A DNA stretch of 64,000 nt, taken from Takakia lepidozioides. Its lineage: Eukaryota > Plantae > Bryophyta. Positions 50,429-63,428 of the stretch are shown here, one piece after another. A model generated the notes under the pieces. It saw only the letters and a list, made by a program, of their open reading frames with translations. It was not told the DNA's origin and ran no database searches. The position numbers and the translations under genes are program-made. The DNA lies in assembly GCA_030704615.1 (NCBI GenBank), contig CM060732.1, forward strand, positions 15,748,001-15,812,000, in the 5' to 3' direction. Within the stretch, counting starts at the first letter, position 1; every line of letters starts with the position of its first letter.

Positions 50429-53045
50429 GTATGACCAAATGATGCGCGAAGGGGTGAAGCCCAACCACATCACGTTCGGTTGCATTTGCAATGCGTATGC
50501 AAGCCTGGCAGCCTTGGAAAAGGGCAAAGAAGTGCATGGCGACATCGTCAGAGCTGGAATCGTACTAGATGTGATCCTGAACAATACCCTGGTGGACATG
50601 TATGCCAAAGCAGGGGTAGAGTGTGTGTACAGAATCAACCAAGAGAGCCAGATTTCAAGCACAAGATTACCTATGATTCCTTGTGAATCAATAGCTACAA
50701 GAAACCTGCAGGGGTAGATGGTCAAGTAAAGGCAGCAGCTGCAGCGACATAGTTGATAAAATCAGGCACCTCAACCATGACCACAGCCTCTGGAAGAGGA
50801 TCAAGAGAGGGAGTCCACAATGCCACTTCTGGCACTTCTGGGCATGTGAAGATGCTTTGTGAGGCAGGTAGACTGAAAGAGGCTCTACAGACTTTAAACC
50901 AAGGAGGCATTTCAGCAGATTCAGAAACGTATGTCTGTCTCTTGCATAAGTGCATCAAGGTGAAAGGCTTGGAAGCTGGAAAACAGGTGCACACTCACAT
51001 TATCCAAAGTGGATTCACGCCAAATGTTTTTCTCCTCAGCACCCTCCTCAACATGTATGTTAAGTGCGGGGGTGTTTGCTGGAAGAATTCTAGGCTGTCA
51101 TTGTATGTTGCTAGCAGCAAGGCAAGGATGTATGCATGATTTGTGCAGAGGCATGGATAGCTGAAGGAGCAGGGATGGAGTGTGGATTCCCTCTTATCAG
51201 AACCGGCCCTAAATTTTCATGTTGAATTCTGCAAGTTAGCTGGTTGAGTGAACCTTTGATAGTTGGAGTGACTTTGACATGATACTGCCAAAGTATCCAG
51301 AAACAGGTAAGAGAGACGAAGAGAAGCTGTGGAAAGAATACTTTTCTGACCACAGTCAATGGTGGGACAATCGAGGCAAAAAGGTGGATGCCTGTTGGAT
51401 TACAGAGAGTAGCAGACGCAATGAGCATAGGACGCTGAGTTGGGTGTTTCCTAGAACAAATCTAAGCTGTATCTCTGCTTAACCTCGGTAAATTTGTGGA
51501 AGTCCCTTGATGGGGTCCCAGGTGCTCAGTTGAGTTCACTTTGCGGCTTATCCTCAAATACATAGCAGAACAAGACTAGTGACATGACATACGCAACCAA
51601 CTGAATCATCTTTGTAAACTTGATTCAAGAAACCAGTAGACGAAACCGCTACCTGCAATCAGCTTGCTCCACGGGCTGCTCGCTGGAACACCAAAAGAAA
51701 GGATGAGAAGGCTGGACTTCCTCCTTGTCCAATAAACCCTCCGCCAGGTACGACATCCACTTGACCTCGTGTTCAATGGCGAGGACTTATGTTTCTCACC
51801 GGAGAAAGGTGAATGCCTGTTGGATTACAGAGAGAAGCAGACGCAATGAGCATAGGAACTAGTGTGATAAGCTGAGTTGGGTGTTTCCTACAACAAATCT
51901 AGGCTGTCATTGTCAACTGTTAGCAGCAAGGCAAGGATGAATGCATGATTTGTGGAGAGACATGGATAGCTGAAGGAGCAGGGGTAGAGTGTGTGTACAG
52001 AAGCATCCAAGAGGGCCAGATTTCAAACACAAGATTACCTATGATTCCCTGTGGATCAATAGCTACAAGAAACCTGCATGGGTAGATGGTCAACTAAAGG
52101 CAACAGCTGCAGCGGCACAGTTGATAAAATCAGGCACCTCAACCCTGACCACAGCCTCTGGAAGAGGATCAAGAGAGGGAGTCCACAATGCCTCTTCTGG
52201 CACTTCTGGGCAAAGAGGTGCATGGCGACACCGTCAGAGCTGGAATCGTACCAGATGTGATCCTGAACAATACCCTGGTGGACATGTATGCCAAATGTGG
52301 GAGCATCGAGCATGCAAAGGGAATGTTCGACAATATGGCGGAACGAGATGTGGTGTCGTGGAGTGCGATGCTCGCAGGATATGCACAACAGGGGCGCGGG
52401 ATGGAGGCTTTGGAGACGTATGAGCAAATGATGTGCGAAGGGGTGAAGCCCAACCGCATCACGTGTGTGTGCGTTTGCAATGCATGTGCAAGCTTGGAAG
52501 CCCTGAAAAAGGGCAAAGAGGTGCATGGCGACATCGTCAGAGCTGGAATCGTACCAGATGTGATCCTGAACAATACCCTGGTGGACATGTATGCCAAAGC
52601 AAGGGTAGAGTGTGTGTACAGAATCATCCAATAGGGCAACTATTTGGCTATTTGGAATAATGCAGAGAGAAGGCTTCAAGTTGGACAGTATCACCTTTAT
52701 ATGTGTTCTCTCTGCATGCAGCCACACTGACTTACTGGATGAAAAAAGACGCTACTGGGATTCCCTGAGTCAAGATCATGGTGTCACTCTGACAGTAAGT
52801 GCACTTTGGCTGCATGGTGGACCTTCTTGGACGTGCCAGACAACTGGATGAGTAGTGGACCTGATTAATAAAATGCCATCAATCCAGATGCTGTGGTGTG
52901 GAAGGCCTTGCTTGGTGCATGCAGAATCCATGGCAATGTAGAGATGGCTGAATGTGCGGCAACATCTATCCTCCCATCGGATGAACAAGATGCTGCGACT
53001 TATGTGTTGCTATCAAATATATATGTTGCAGCTACCAGGTGGGAT
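50429..53045 (+). pseudogene. Scrambled PLS-E class PPR pseudogene with an OSB-type PDF motif
   Basis: PPR motifs (LVDMYAKCGSIEHAKGMFDNMAERDVVSWSAMLAGYAQQG; VLSACSH; VWKALLGACRIHGN; YVLLSNIY). PDF motif WWDNRGKK^KHPRGPDFKHKITYDSLWI..PAWV. Segments duplicated, out of order and frameshifted. Confidence 0.85.
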
Positions 53046-53499
53046 CCATCTGAGCAGCAGAACGTTCTCCTTGCATTTTCCCAGCGCCTAACAACAAGCT
53101 GTATGTCCCATCACATTTCACATGAGCTTGTTCTTCCTTGTACGACAATTTGACACTTATAATAGTTTATATAGCTACTGGGACATTAAATTAAGAATCT
53201 AAACTATTTGAAATCTACATCAATTGCCCATATAAACAAATGGTCAGAGGGGTTAGAAATGAACCAGGTCGTTGCTGTATTGAGGCATTTTTATCAAGAC
53301 GGTCATTTTTTATCAAGATAATAAAGCTAAATGTTGAGAAACTGAAGGATGGCCAACAGTCAGTACCTAAGTTGGTTAGTAAACTGAGTGCCACCCAGAT
53401 GATTCTGGGGCAAAACATGCTACTTGAGGGGTGTGGTATACTCTTCTACCCCTTCCATTGGGCGGTGCCCCATTTCTACGCCTTCATGGTGGGGTTACT

Positions 53500-53590
53500 G
53501 TGAAAGAGGTTATTTTCTCCTCGCTATCAAGGGGCCTGATTTGTGAGCTGTCGCTCTCAGGTGTTTCCCCATAAAAAAAATTAAAAAAAA
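53500..53590 (+). mobile_element. Poly(A)-ending fragment sharing its 3' end with SINE family B
   Basis: TGAAAG.GGTTA.TTT...CAAGGG.CCTGA.TTGTGAGC.GTCGCTC.CAGGT matches 53980-54045. Confidence 0.7.
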
Positions 53591-53837
53591 TGATGAGCAA
53601 CGGATAAAAAACCGGATTTCGATCCTGATGAAACAAATGCTTAACGAAGGGGAAAATACGGGTTCACCTCTACCTCATTTCTAGGGCATAGATAGAGGTA
53701 GCTACATCAAACAATGAAATTTGGAAACCCACCTTATTTTGTGAAAATTGAACGGTAGTTCTCAGAATTCGTCGCTAGTAGTGCGGAGCAACGCAAAGCC
53801 CTAGTTTATTTAAAGAAAGGGGATCGAAAAAAGTATG

Positions 53838-54069
53838 GCACATCAGCTGGTAGCTCAGCTGGTAAGTGCACAGTGTGTCGCCCTGGGGTTCAATCCCGCT
53901 GCCCTGCCTGGTGTGTGGATTGTTCGTGACCGGCTGGTCTGGTGGTGATGTTTCCCACCTGTGTGCCTAATGGCTTATCTGAAAGGGGGTTAATTTTTCC
54001 CCCTCCTCAAGGGCCTGAATTGTGAGCAGTCGCTCCCAGGTTTCCTTTATAATTTAAAAAAAAGAAAAA
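53838..54069 (+). mobile_element. tRNA-derived SINE family B with A tail and 12-bp TSD
   Basis: Box A TAGCTCAGCTGG, box B GGTTCAATCCC. TSD GAAAAAAGTATG at 53826-53837 and 54070-54081. Confidence 0.85.
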
Positions 54070-54246
54070 GAAAAAAGTATGACGCCTCCCGAAGGGAACA
54101 TAACTTATGGTGTCTCTTCACCACAAGGGCTACTACCTTCCAACTGAAAGGTGGACACCTTCATGACACACCAGACCGTGGTTTGAACCCACAACCACAT
54201 CCAACGTGGTATGTGCCCATTACCACTGGGCTACATGCTGGTTGTC
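54070..54246 (-). mobile_element. tRNA-derived SINE family A, copy 2
   Basis: Box A TAGCCCAGTGG, box B GGTTCAAACC; colinear with 23802-23991. Confidence 0.85.
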
Positions 54247-54269
54247 GAAGCCTTGATACTTTATAGCAG

Positions 54270-57050
54270 CGGGACAAAGGCCCAAGGATTACAAAGAGGA
54301 AAAAATAACCTCTATAATGGGTGCCATAGAGGCTGATCTAGGAAGACAATGCTCCGTAACCAAAGACTCCAAGAAAAGCAGAAGATGAAGCAGCGATTAA
54401 GGACAAAAAACATCAGGGAGAAGAGTAAATTCTTTCACAGAGAACAGTGATCTAGTAGCTACCCCGCTTCCTCTTATAATGCTCATAAGAAAGCTGGGTT
54501 CTAGACCTAGTTTTCCTAAGAGAGCGACGGTGCCTCCAATTAACCTCAAAATCTTTCCCATCTGCTGGCGAGTGCTTTGCACTAATTGAGCTCACAGCTT
54601 GGTGGGATGGTGTCAATCCATTGAACTCCCAAGGACGAAATTCTGGAGCAGATGATCTGCCCCCTGGCCCAAGAACTGTCAGACTGAAAGAGCAACTGTT
54701 CTCCCCTTCTTTGACTACATCTGCGAACAGCTTCACACACCACCCCCCAAGCCTTTCTGGCCTCAGACAACAGGGTCTAAGTGAATCTTGCACAGAACTG
54801 CTCTTACACTTATCGGCTTTGCATCAAAGACGAGCTTGCATCTAGCCTTCCAAATGTTCCATAATGTGTGAGCTCTAAGGATTGCCCATACCGGACAATC
54901 AGACCAGATGTGTCCATTAGAAAAGTTCAAAAACAGAATTGAACAAGAAGGGAAAGCCAAATTCTTTCAAGGGCTGTAAAAGGCCAGAACGCGTCTCCAC
55001 ACGCTGAAGGCCAGAGGACAGTCCATGAAGCAATGTTCAATTGTTTCAGGGTCTGCAAATGACAGAGGAATCAGAGAAGCGATTTCTAACAGGCAGAATT
55101 CTGTTGACCAGCTTCCATAAAAAACCACTTATCTTTGACGCTCGATCTTTTCTCCAAACATCACCCCAGACCTTGTCCAATAAGAGGGACAACCAGTAAT
55201 GTGGGTCCATTTACTAGACCACTTAGCATTCATAATGCATGTTGGTTTGAGCAAGGAACATCCCATCTTGACTGTATACGAAAAGAAGGGGTTGTGTTTC
55301 TTATCTCTCCAGATCCATTCCTCTGGATCAAATTGGACGAATGAGATGGGAGCCGAGAGGAACCAGTGAAGGTGAGGGTTCAAATGCAGACCATTGTCAA
55401 GAAGCTGTGAAGGACAGATTGTGAGGAGGAGGATTGAAGCGGGTCTGCAACAGTTTTACTGAAGAGGCTTGAGAAATATGAAGCAGCGAAAGTGGTCATA
55501 TGATTAGGATCAGTAAGCACATAGCCTTGATGATCAGTGATAGCACTAATCGTGATAGCTGTCTGCCTTTGTTTAGCTTTGAGAAAAAAGTAGCGGGACA
55601 TCTTCTCTCCTTTCGAAGACCAATTTATTCCGGCTTTTCTACGAAGATTATCCTCTTTGGACTTAAGCAGTTCAGCCAAGTTGTGCTTGGCCAAAGCAAA
55701 GGAAGTCATTGGCCAAAAGTGAAGGGAAGAATATTTGGAATGAGTGCAGGGGAAAGGGGGGGCTTGGTAGGGGTCTTAAGACGTTTTGAGGGGTGACGGT
55801 CGTAGAGAGGGGAGGAAGAGGATACTGCGAGACTATTAATAGCTAATGCGAGGAGGGGGGAGGAAAGAGGGGGAGCTGCGGGAACAGGGGGGTGGGGAGG
55901 AACTTGGGATGAAGGAGACGAAGGAATAGAAGATTGGGATTGAGAGGCAGCATCTCGCTTGCACTTGATGAGCGGGCAGTTCACCTTGAAATGGCCACTT
56001 CCGTTACAACCGTGGCAAACCAAATTGAAGGGCTCTTCCTGAACTGCCACCGCCACAAATTTGGCTACCAACGAGGGAAGCTTTAGGATCGGAGGAATCA
56101 CTGCACCTTCAGGCATCAGCACCACCACTTTCGGGGCTCCGATCTCACCAACCCTACTAACATTGGAAAGAGTCTCCCAGCCAGTCATTTCCGCAACCAT
56201 AGCATTGCTTGCTTCAGGGTCAAACACGTTGAGACAGCCGAGGTAGTCGCCAAAGTGAGCCCCTATCCTGGTAAGGAAGCCAGGTATTGACAGGGGAGGT
56301 AGGGGAGGGAGATAATGCGAGGTCTGCAAGAAACTCCATCTTTGTGTCCCCAATCTTGAAACCAATGAAATATATGCACTTTGTGAGAAGATTGATGCGG
56401 GTTGAAGGCCAAAGCTTTTGAAGCTGCGTCCTGTGACTCAAACATCACGGCAAAGAAACCATGTCCCATTGGTTGACAGAAAAGCTGCCGTAACAGACCA
56501 TGTCCTCCCATGTGCTCTATCACCCATTCTAGCACCCAGTTTTTTTTGTCTTTCAGTTTTCTTGGAAAGTGAAGCAAAATCCCATGACTCCGAAGTGTCT
56601 CAGACTGCAGCTTGATTTTGGCCAATCCAACCTTTGCAATGGCGAGATCAGTAGGAACCGTACCCAGCTCTTCTGGCCAAACCGCCACCTCGTCAACAAT
56701 TGAATGCGGAGCGGGGAGTCTGGAAGGACCTCTTCCGAGGATAGAGGGAAATGAGGAAGAGGAGTGAGTGGCTCCCCCTGTGGCTTCATCCAAGGAGCCA
56801 CGTTGCGGACCCCAAACATAGCCCCTTCCCTTCCCTCTGAAGAACTGATTCTTCTTGCCTCCCCTGCTAGATTGACCGCCTAGGAACGACATTGCACAAC
56901 TCAATAAGGAAACAGCTGAAAATTGCGAAGCAGCTGAAAGATGAGACCGCAGGAATGTTAGAGCTGCAGACAACAAGAAAGAGAACAAGAGGAGCAGCTA
57001 CACTAAGAAGGTTAACCCTTAAGTTCCCAAGCGACCTAAATCGGGTCACT
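54270..57050 (-). mobile_element. L1-clade LINE, internally deleted (ends approximate)
   Basis: ORF1 remnants (GHGFFAVMFES..., CHGCNGSGHFKVNC) at 55706-56988. ORF2 linker KAGINWSSKGEKMSRYFF at 55380-55709. C-terminal FLWKL..ETIEHCF..LWNIWKARC at 54760-55380. No endonuclease or RT core visible. Confidence 0.8.
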
Positions 57051-57369
57051 TTGAATTTTCAGTTCGACCTCATTTTTGCAGATCTAATCTGATGGGGCCA
57101 CTCCTGAAGCTTTAATGACAAAGGATTTATCTCGAGTATGATGCAAGAAATAAAAAAAAACAAAAACAAAAGCTACGACCTACAAAAAATATCTTAGATC
57201 ACTCATTTACTTTTTGGGCCTGAAAAAGGCTTGTTGACCGCTGACGTGACAGATAAACAAGCCCAAAACAGATTGCACTCCAAAGGCTATTTTTGGCATA
57301 AAATTAGCAATTTTGTAAAAAACACTTGACCTTGTGGTGTATGTGCATTACATACACACATCCACCTTG

Positions 57370-58294
57370 GCTTAGATCTAGTCGGACCCCTTAAATCCAC
57401 GTCCAAGGGCCATGCGTACCTTGCGGTTGCTACGGACTACCTGACGAAATGGGTTGAGCTCCGACCTCTGGTTGCTAAGGATAGTGATGAGGTGGTGCAG
57501 TTCTTCTTTGATAAGGTGATTCTTCGTCGTGGTTGCCCTCTTGAAATCCTCACGGATCAAGGTACAAAGTTCTGCAACCAACTTATGGAGATTGTTTTGT
57601 TTAATCTCAACACTAAGCATGTCATTACTGCTCCCTACAATCCCCAATGCAGTGGTTTGACAGAACGATTTAACAAAACTATATGCCAGATGCTCGAGAA
57701 GAATGGGCACTCATTGATGAATGAGATATTGTTGTGCCTATTCTGCTCTTTGCCTACAGGACCTCTATCCATGCTAGTACCAAAATCTCACCTTTTGAAC
57801 TTTTGTATGGTAGGAAATGTAGAACTCCTTTGCATATCTCCTGGCTGCAGGTCTCGGCTACTAAATCTGAAAATTGGGAAGTCTTTTTGCTTTCCATGGA
57901 TGCTACACGACGTAGTTTGCGTGAAACTGTAAAATCTAACATTGTGCTTGCCCAAGCTGCTCAGGCCAAGAATTACAACTGCCGTGTTGTGTATTCTGAA
58001 TCATTCAAGGTAGGCCAGTCTGTTTGTGTGAGACTCCAGTCTGGTAAGCAGATTTCCAAGGCCAAACGAAGAATTGATGGCCCTTATCTTATCTCTGATA
58101 TTCTTCCTGGCAGACAGTATGTCTTGCTTCCCCAACATGCCTCTACTCCTCACTTAGCTAGCTCCATTCATGTTTCACTACTTGTTCCATGCACTCTTAC
58201 TTTTGATCTAACCTGTTTGAATGTTGAGAACCGTCAGGTAATCTTCACCCCCACAGCTCGGACAGCTCGCACTCAAAACATAGCATCCTTTTAG
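57370..58294 (+). pseudogene. Isolated Ty3/gypsy integrase core fragment
   Basis: LDLVGPL...DYLTKWVE...GCPLEILTDQGTKF...TAPYNPQCSGLTERFNKT...LFAYRTSIHASTKISPFELLYGR, with a frameshift. Confidence 0.88.
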
Positions 58295-61124
58295 AATAGC
58301 ATTTGAATTTCGTGCTAGTTTTCTGCACCAATTGTAGCACTTGGGGTTTTTCCTATGGGATGTTTTGTCCTCCACCCAGCTTGCAGGGTGAGGTTTTCTT
58401 CCCTAGGTTTTTTCATCCCTTGTGTGCCGGGTGTGTAGTTTGTTTTAGCTAGGCTTCATTTTTTGTTCTTCCCAAGCTCATCACTCGCAGGAGCTCGCAG
58501 TTTCTTGTCGCCCCAGCAGGCTTCACATATGTGGAGATGGGATTCCTTCTCACCTTCCTTTTCGACGTGGATGAATGGAGGAGGGATGCGCTCCGGATGA
58601 TTTAAGGGATGGATGGAGCCAGGATGAAGTCTAGATGAACTTACACCTTGCGCATGAGGATGAGCTGGCAACAGCTGATGGCTTTATTAGGGGCTGTCTT
58701 ATTCTAACAACTAGTTTAGGATTAGATTAGGATGGGACTGTGTGATCTGGCTTCTTTCTATGGCTGTGCTGGAAGGGCATCTGGTGGACCTATATGTAAA
58801 TGTCACGCGACACTAGGATTAGATTATGACATAATACTATTTAAGCCTCACTGCCATGGCAGTGAGGGTGGTGGCTTTTGGGTCTTACGCGAGCGTACGC
58901 TGGGTGTAACGGTGTGCTTGAATGGGTGGATTAAGGTTTTTTTGGAGGTCTGAGTCTGTGGTGTCAACTTGGTGAGATTCCGTCTTCTTTGCCAGGCCCA
59001 TCTATCGACTACATTCCCCAGATAGGATTAAGTCCGGTAGAGGAAGGGGAACAAACCCATGGCGCCGGAATCATGGCTTCACAAGCTGGGTACCCAAAAT
59101 TGTTCAAAAGTCCAAAAAGGGCTTGGGAACTTAAGGGTTAAGGGAACTCCTTTTCCCGCCTTGGAAGGCCACTCGCAGCTGGATTGATTTCGCACGAAGC
59201 CAGACGCCTGGGGGAGAGGGCTACGAGAGGATCGAGGATTCAAGTTGTCGACGAGGACTAGGAAGAAAGCTCCGAGTCCCAGAAGGTAGATGAAGAAGGG
59301 AGGTTCGTGGATGGTGAAGAAGGGCGAGGGGAAACAATCAGCAAAGACAGAAGTCCCAACAAGATAATGGGGAGCCCTAATAGATGTAGAAGAGCAGAAG
59401 ATACAATGCAGATCGGACAGAGCGAAACTTTAAGAAGATACCGAGCGAGAGTAATGGCGACGGGAGGAAATACTAAAAAACGCGAAGCAAAGTAACAAGC
59501 TCAGACAAACCACCGCGGGGAAAGTCTACAACCAATGCGCCAGAGAAACCTGCAGCGAAGGTACGAAGGGGAGCATGGAGGAGGGTCGAGGTTGCGGGGA
59601 GCTTTTCAAAAAACGTCAAGTCCCAGCGGACACAGACGACGGAAAACACGGAGCTCTCCACGGAGCTCCATCAGTCCTGTCAAGAGTCTTATATTTCTTT
59701 ATCGTCTTGTTTCCCCTTTTAATTTGACTATCATGCACCGCTCCTTCATTAAAAAAATAAAATAAAGTGAATCCATTGGCATATAATTTTATTGAAGAGG
59801 GGAAAAAGGAAAACCCCTGAGAAGCCATAAGGTTACAAACCCGCAGGTTAGGCCCAGCTAAAATCGAAAAGAGAAACAACAAATGTGTGGTCCAATAGAA
59901 AAAAGGAGCAAGTAATTCTTTTTTTAATTATATTTGTGTGTGGTCCAATTGAAAAAGATGGAGTAGGTGGGGTGCGGTGGATTACTGTGGGCCCATGTGG
60001 GCATAAACCCGGACCCAACCCTATGAGGCGGATAGAAACCGGGTAGGGTCCGGGTATCCTTAGAGGCTTGGGTTCAGGATAGGGTCCGGTTCAGGTAGGA
60101 CGCAGTTAAATACCCGGCCAATAGGGCCGGGTCAGGGTATCATGCAAGGGACGGCCCAGGGTATATTATATACCTGGACCCTGGTATACTGGGGTATCAA
60201 CACAGGTGAAAACCCACCTGTCCCTAGTTCTATTTTCATGAGGAGGATACATGCATGGGCCACTTTAATTTTTGGATTTGCTCACTTGTGTGGCAGCACT
60301 GATTCCGGTCGTTGACGGCAGAGCGGAGTTGGTTATCTAGAGTCTTGTAGTTTGGGACTCTCTCTTTTGGGGCAGGGTGTGAAGGATGAGACGGGAATGT
60401 GTATGTTTTCCATGAAAGACTTCGCAATTGTGAACAGAAATTAGTATTCATACATTTGGATGTTCTAAGCAGTAGATGCATGTGACCGAAGAGAAACCAG
60501 AGATATACCATGGGAGCATACTGAGTGGAGGAAATAGTTCAGCATGGTACAAGAGTCCGAGAGCATCAATGATATGATTTCATGGCCACGTGTGCAAGCA
60601 AAAGGATAGGGAGTTTCCGAGGTATTGTGAATCACATTTTGGACCAGGAGGTACCGTATGTATTGGGAAATGGTCTTTCCCAACAAGCACATGGCACTGT
60701 TGCCCTTCATGGAGAGAGACATCAATGTGCATAATGAGAAAGTCATGACACTAAGGAAAATAATCTCTAACAAGGATTATGATGACATAAAAATCAGGTG
60801 TGGAGTATTCTGCCGCTTTTTAAGACTAATTCTCAGGCCGAATCGGCCATCCACGGTGTATTGCCAATTCGGCATGCCGAATCGGCTGGGATGGCCGATT
60901 ATGCATGGCAGAGTATGCAACCCAGGTACATGTCATCAGCCATCACCCCACCCACCATTCCCTTGAAGCTCACCCCGGTTTATATCCTCTACGGGGTTCT
61001 GAATATGGGCAATCGATATGGGATAATTCAACCCCACTCAGATTGCGCTAGGTAGCGGCGAGAATACTCCACAACCTGCTTTTTACGTCAGTGAACGGGC
61101 CTGGTAGGGCCGTTCTGCCATGTG

Positions 61125-61538
61125 CGCGACCATAGGGTAGAGTCGGCCCTACCGGCCCATTCTCTAGTACAGACTAGAGTTGCTTTCTCTTCCGCTGCAG
61201 TAGCTTGTAAGTAGCCCTTTTGAAGGGCACCCCATTTTTGTACCACACAAGCACAATGCTGCTGCCTCCAAAGACTCAAAAGTCCCTAGGCACCCACACA
61301 TTAGATGTTGGTTCATCCGCGGCCACAGGGCAAAGTCGGCCCTACCGGCCCGTTCTCTAGTACAGACTAGAGTTGCTTTCTGTTCCGCTGCAGTAGCTTC
61401 AGCTTGCATAGTTACTAACATGAAGTGTAAGTAGCCCTTTTGCAGGGCACCCCTTTTTGTACCACACAAGCACAATGCAGCTGCCTCCAAAGACTCAAAA
61501 GTCCCTAGGCACCCACACATTAGATGTTGGTTCATCCG
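61125..61538. repeat. Tandem duplication (~192-219 bp x 2)
   Basis: GTCGGCCCTACCGGCCC at 61142 and 61334; the second copy has a ~27-bp insertion. Confidence 0.9.
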
Positions 61539-61792
61539 ATGAACCCCCTTATGTAGTTGGGTTGGCTATAATGGGTGACATCCAAACATACACATATGTG
61601 ACTTGGAACCCGTGACCATTTGTAAGGTGTCTTTTTGCCCTAGCCACTAGGTCATCGGTTGGATGCTTGGCGGGTAAATAAATCCAGAGCCAAGAAGGAT
61701 GCTATCCGATGAAAAAAATGAGAGATATAACAGTACAAGATACAAGTGTAATGTCCAAGTCAAGGACTCCGCTTATGGAGTTCCAATGACAC

Positions 61793-62535
61793 TGCCTGCA
61801 ATCATGGAAAAGAAAGCACGCATAACATCCAAAGTTACTACTGCAGGCAAAACCAAAGCTGCAAGACCAGAAGAGAGGAATGTAATGAAAACAAAGACAA
61901 ATTCAATTTGTGGCGGATCGCAAAGTGAGTAGTATCCTTTGCCAGACTCTGAGCATTGCAGCTGCGTGTAATTCTTATCAAGAATTATCCATTTAGTCCA
62001 CTTCTCAAATGCATACACCCACAACAGTGCCAACCATAGAATCTACTAAGGTGTTGTGCAGTAACTGGCACCCAGTGCATCTCCCTAGAACTGTCAAGAA
62101 AAAGAGTGCGATGCTCACACTGACATCCATCATCCATCCACTTCTCTGTGATTGGATAAAGACTTTTACAGCTTTGGTTTTGCCTGCAATCATGGAAAAA
62201 GAAAGCAACCCTAAAACAAAAGTTACCACTGCAGGCAAAACCAAAGCTGCACGGCCAGAAGAGAGGAATGTAATGAAAAAAAAGACAATTTCAATTTGTG
62301 GCCCGTTCGCAAAGTGAGTATCCCAGACTCTGAGCATTGCAGCTGCGTGTAATTCTTACCAAGAAGCATCCATTTTGTGTACTCCTCAAATGCATACACC
62401 CACAACAGTGCCAACCATAGAATCTACTAAGGCTCACCCAGTGGATCTCCCCAGAACTGTCAAGAAAAAGAGTGCGATACTCACAGTGACATCCATCATC
62501 CATCCACTTCTCTGTGATTGGATAAAAACTTTTAC
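61793..62535. repeat. Tandem duplication (~388 bp x 2)
   Basis: TGCCTGCAATCATGGAAAA at 61793 and 62181 with colinear sequence. Confidence 0.9.
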
Positions 62536-63428
62536 ATCCAATTGTTTCCTAGTTTAAAATGAAATCACCTAACTACAGGATACAACGGACAGGACAGCGG
62601 CGGGAACTCAACTACTAAAGGAAAGAGTGAAAGTGAAGCAGAATCTTGAAATGCATCAGAATTATCTTCTTTAAAAAAGTCAGAAATTCAATGGTCATCA
62701 ATAATAGCATCCTATGCATGCAGGCAGCCAGAAAATTGAACTGACCCCACTCCGCGCTCTTCTTCTGCAACCATCTAAACTGCCTGCCTAGTTACAACTG
62801 ATTGCCCTAATACTAGATGCCGAGGTAAACAATTTGCCTCTACAGTAAATGTTGAACCAGCTGAGCCTCATACTCCTTTCCAGAGGTATTCGCCTAATCT
62901 GCAGTAACATTGTAAAGCCTGCTACAGCACATGACAACACCCAAGCAGCTTCCCTTCACAATGCATTTCTCAGATGTACTACAGTTGGTGCCACCTTGAA
63001 ACAACAGTTGGAACCACCTATTAATATAACAAAATGTAACCTTCCCTCAAAACCCTTACCAACTTTCACTCCATAGAACACATGCAGAAACTCTTGGACA
63101 CCACCCCACCCCTTCACAGTTCTTGTAATGGGTCTGGGTTATCATGCCTATGTTTCCATCTCTCACATCGATGTGAAATAACCATACAGCACTCTCTGTT
63201 GTAATATTACTCTGTCTGCTGCATCCAGAACAGTCGCTGGCTACACACACAAGTCCCTGGCATCTGTTATGGGATTATTATTGTGCTACGCCAATATTCT
63301 CTCATGATCCGGAAGTATGAGTACCCCTAATGAAAACATCAACTTTACCCAGTCTGTAGTTGTAATATAAAAGATGTCTACAAGGTTCAACACAACCAAA
63401 CAAACAGTTGAATGTGCCAGGTGCTCAC

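Noticed and set aside
53838-53900. tRNA gene
   Set aside because: Boxes A and B are present but there is no complete cloverleaf. Body, A tail and TSD indicate a SINE. The box-only structure also applies to 23802-23991 and 54070-54246.
58300-59900. Possible LTR or LINE 5' remnants
   Set aside because: No termini, PBS/PPT or recognisable protein motifs could be established.
59960-60226. hAT-like MITE (CCGG/ACCC repeats ending CCCTA)
   Set aside because: No matching left TIR or TSD found.
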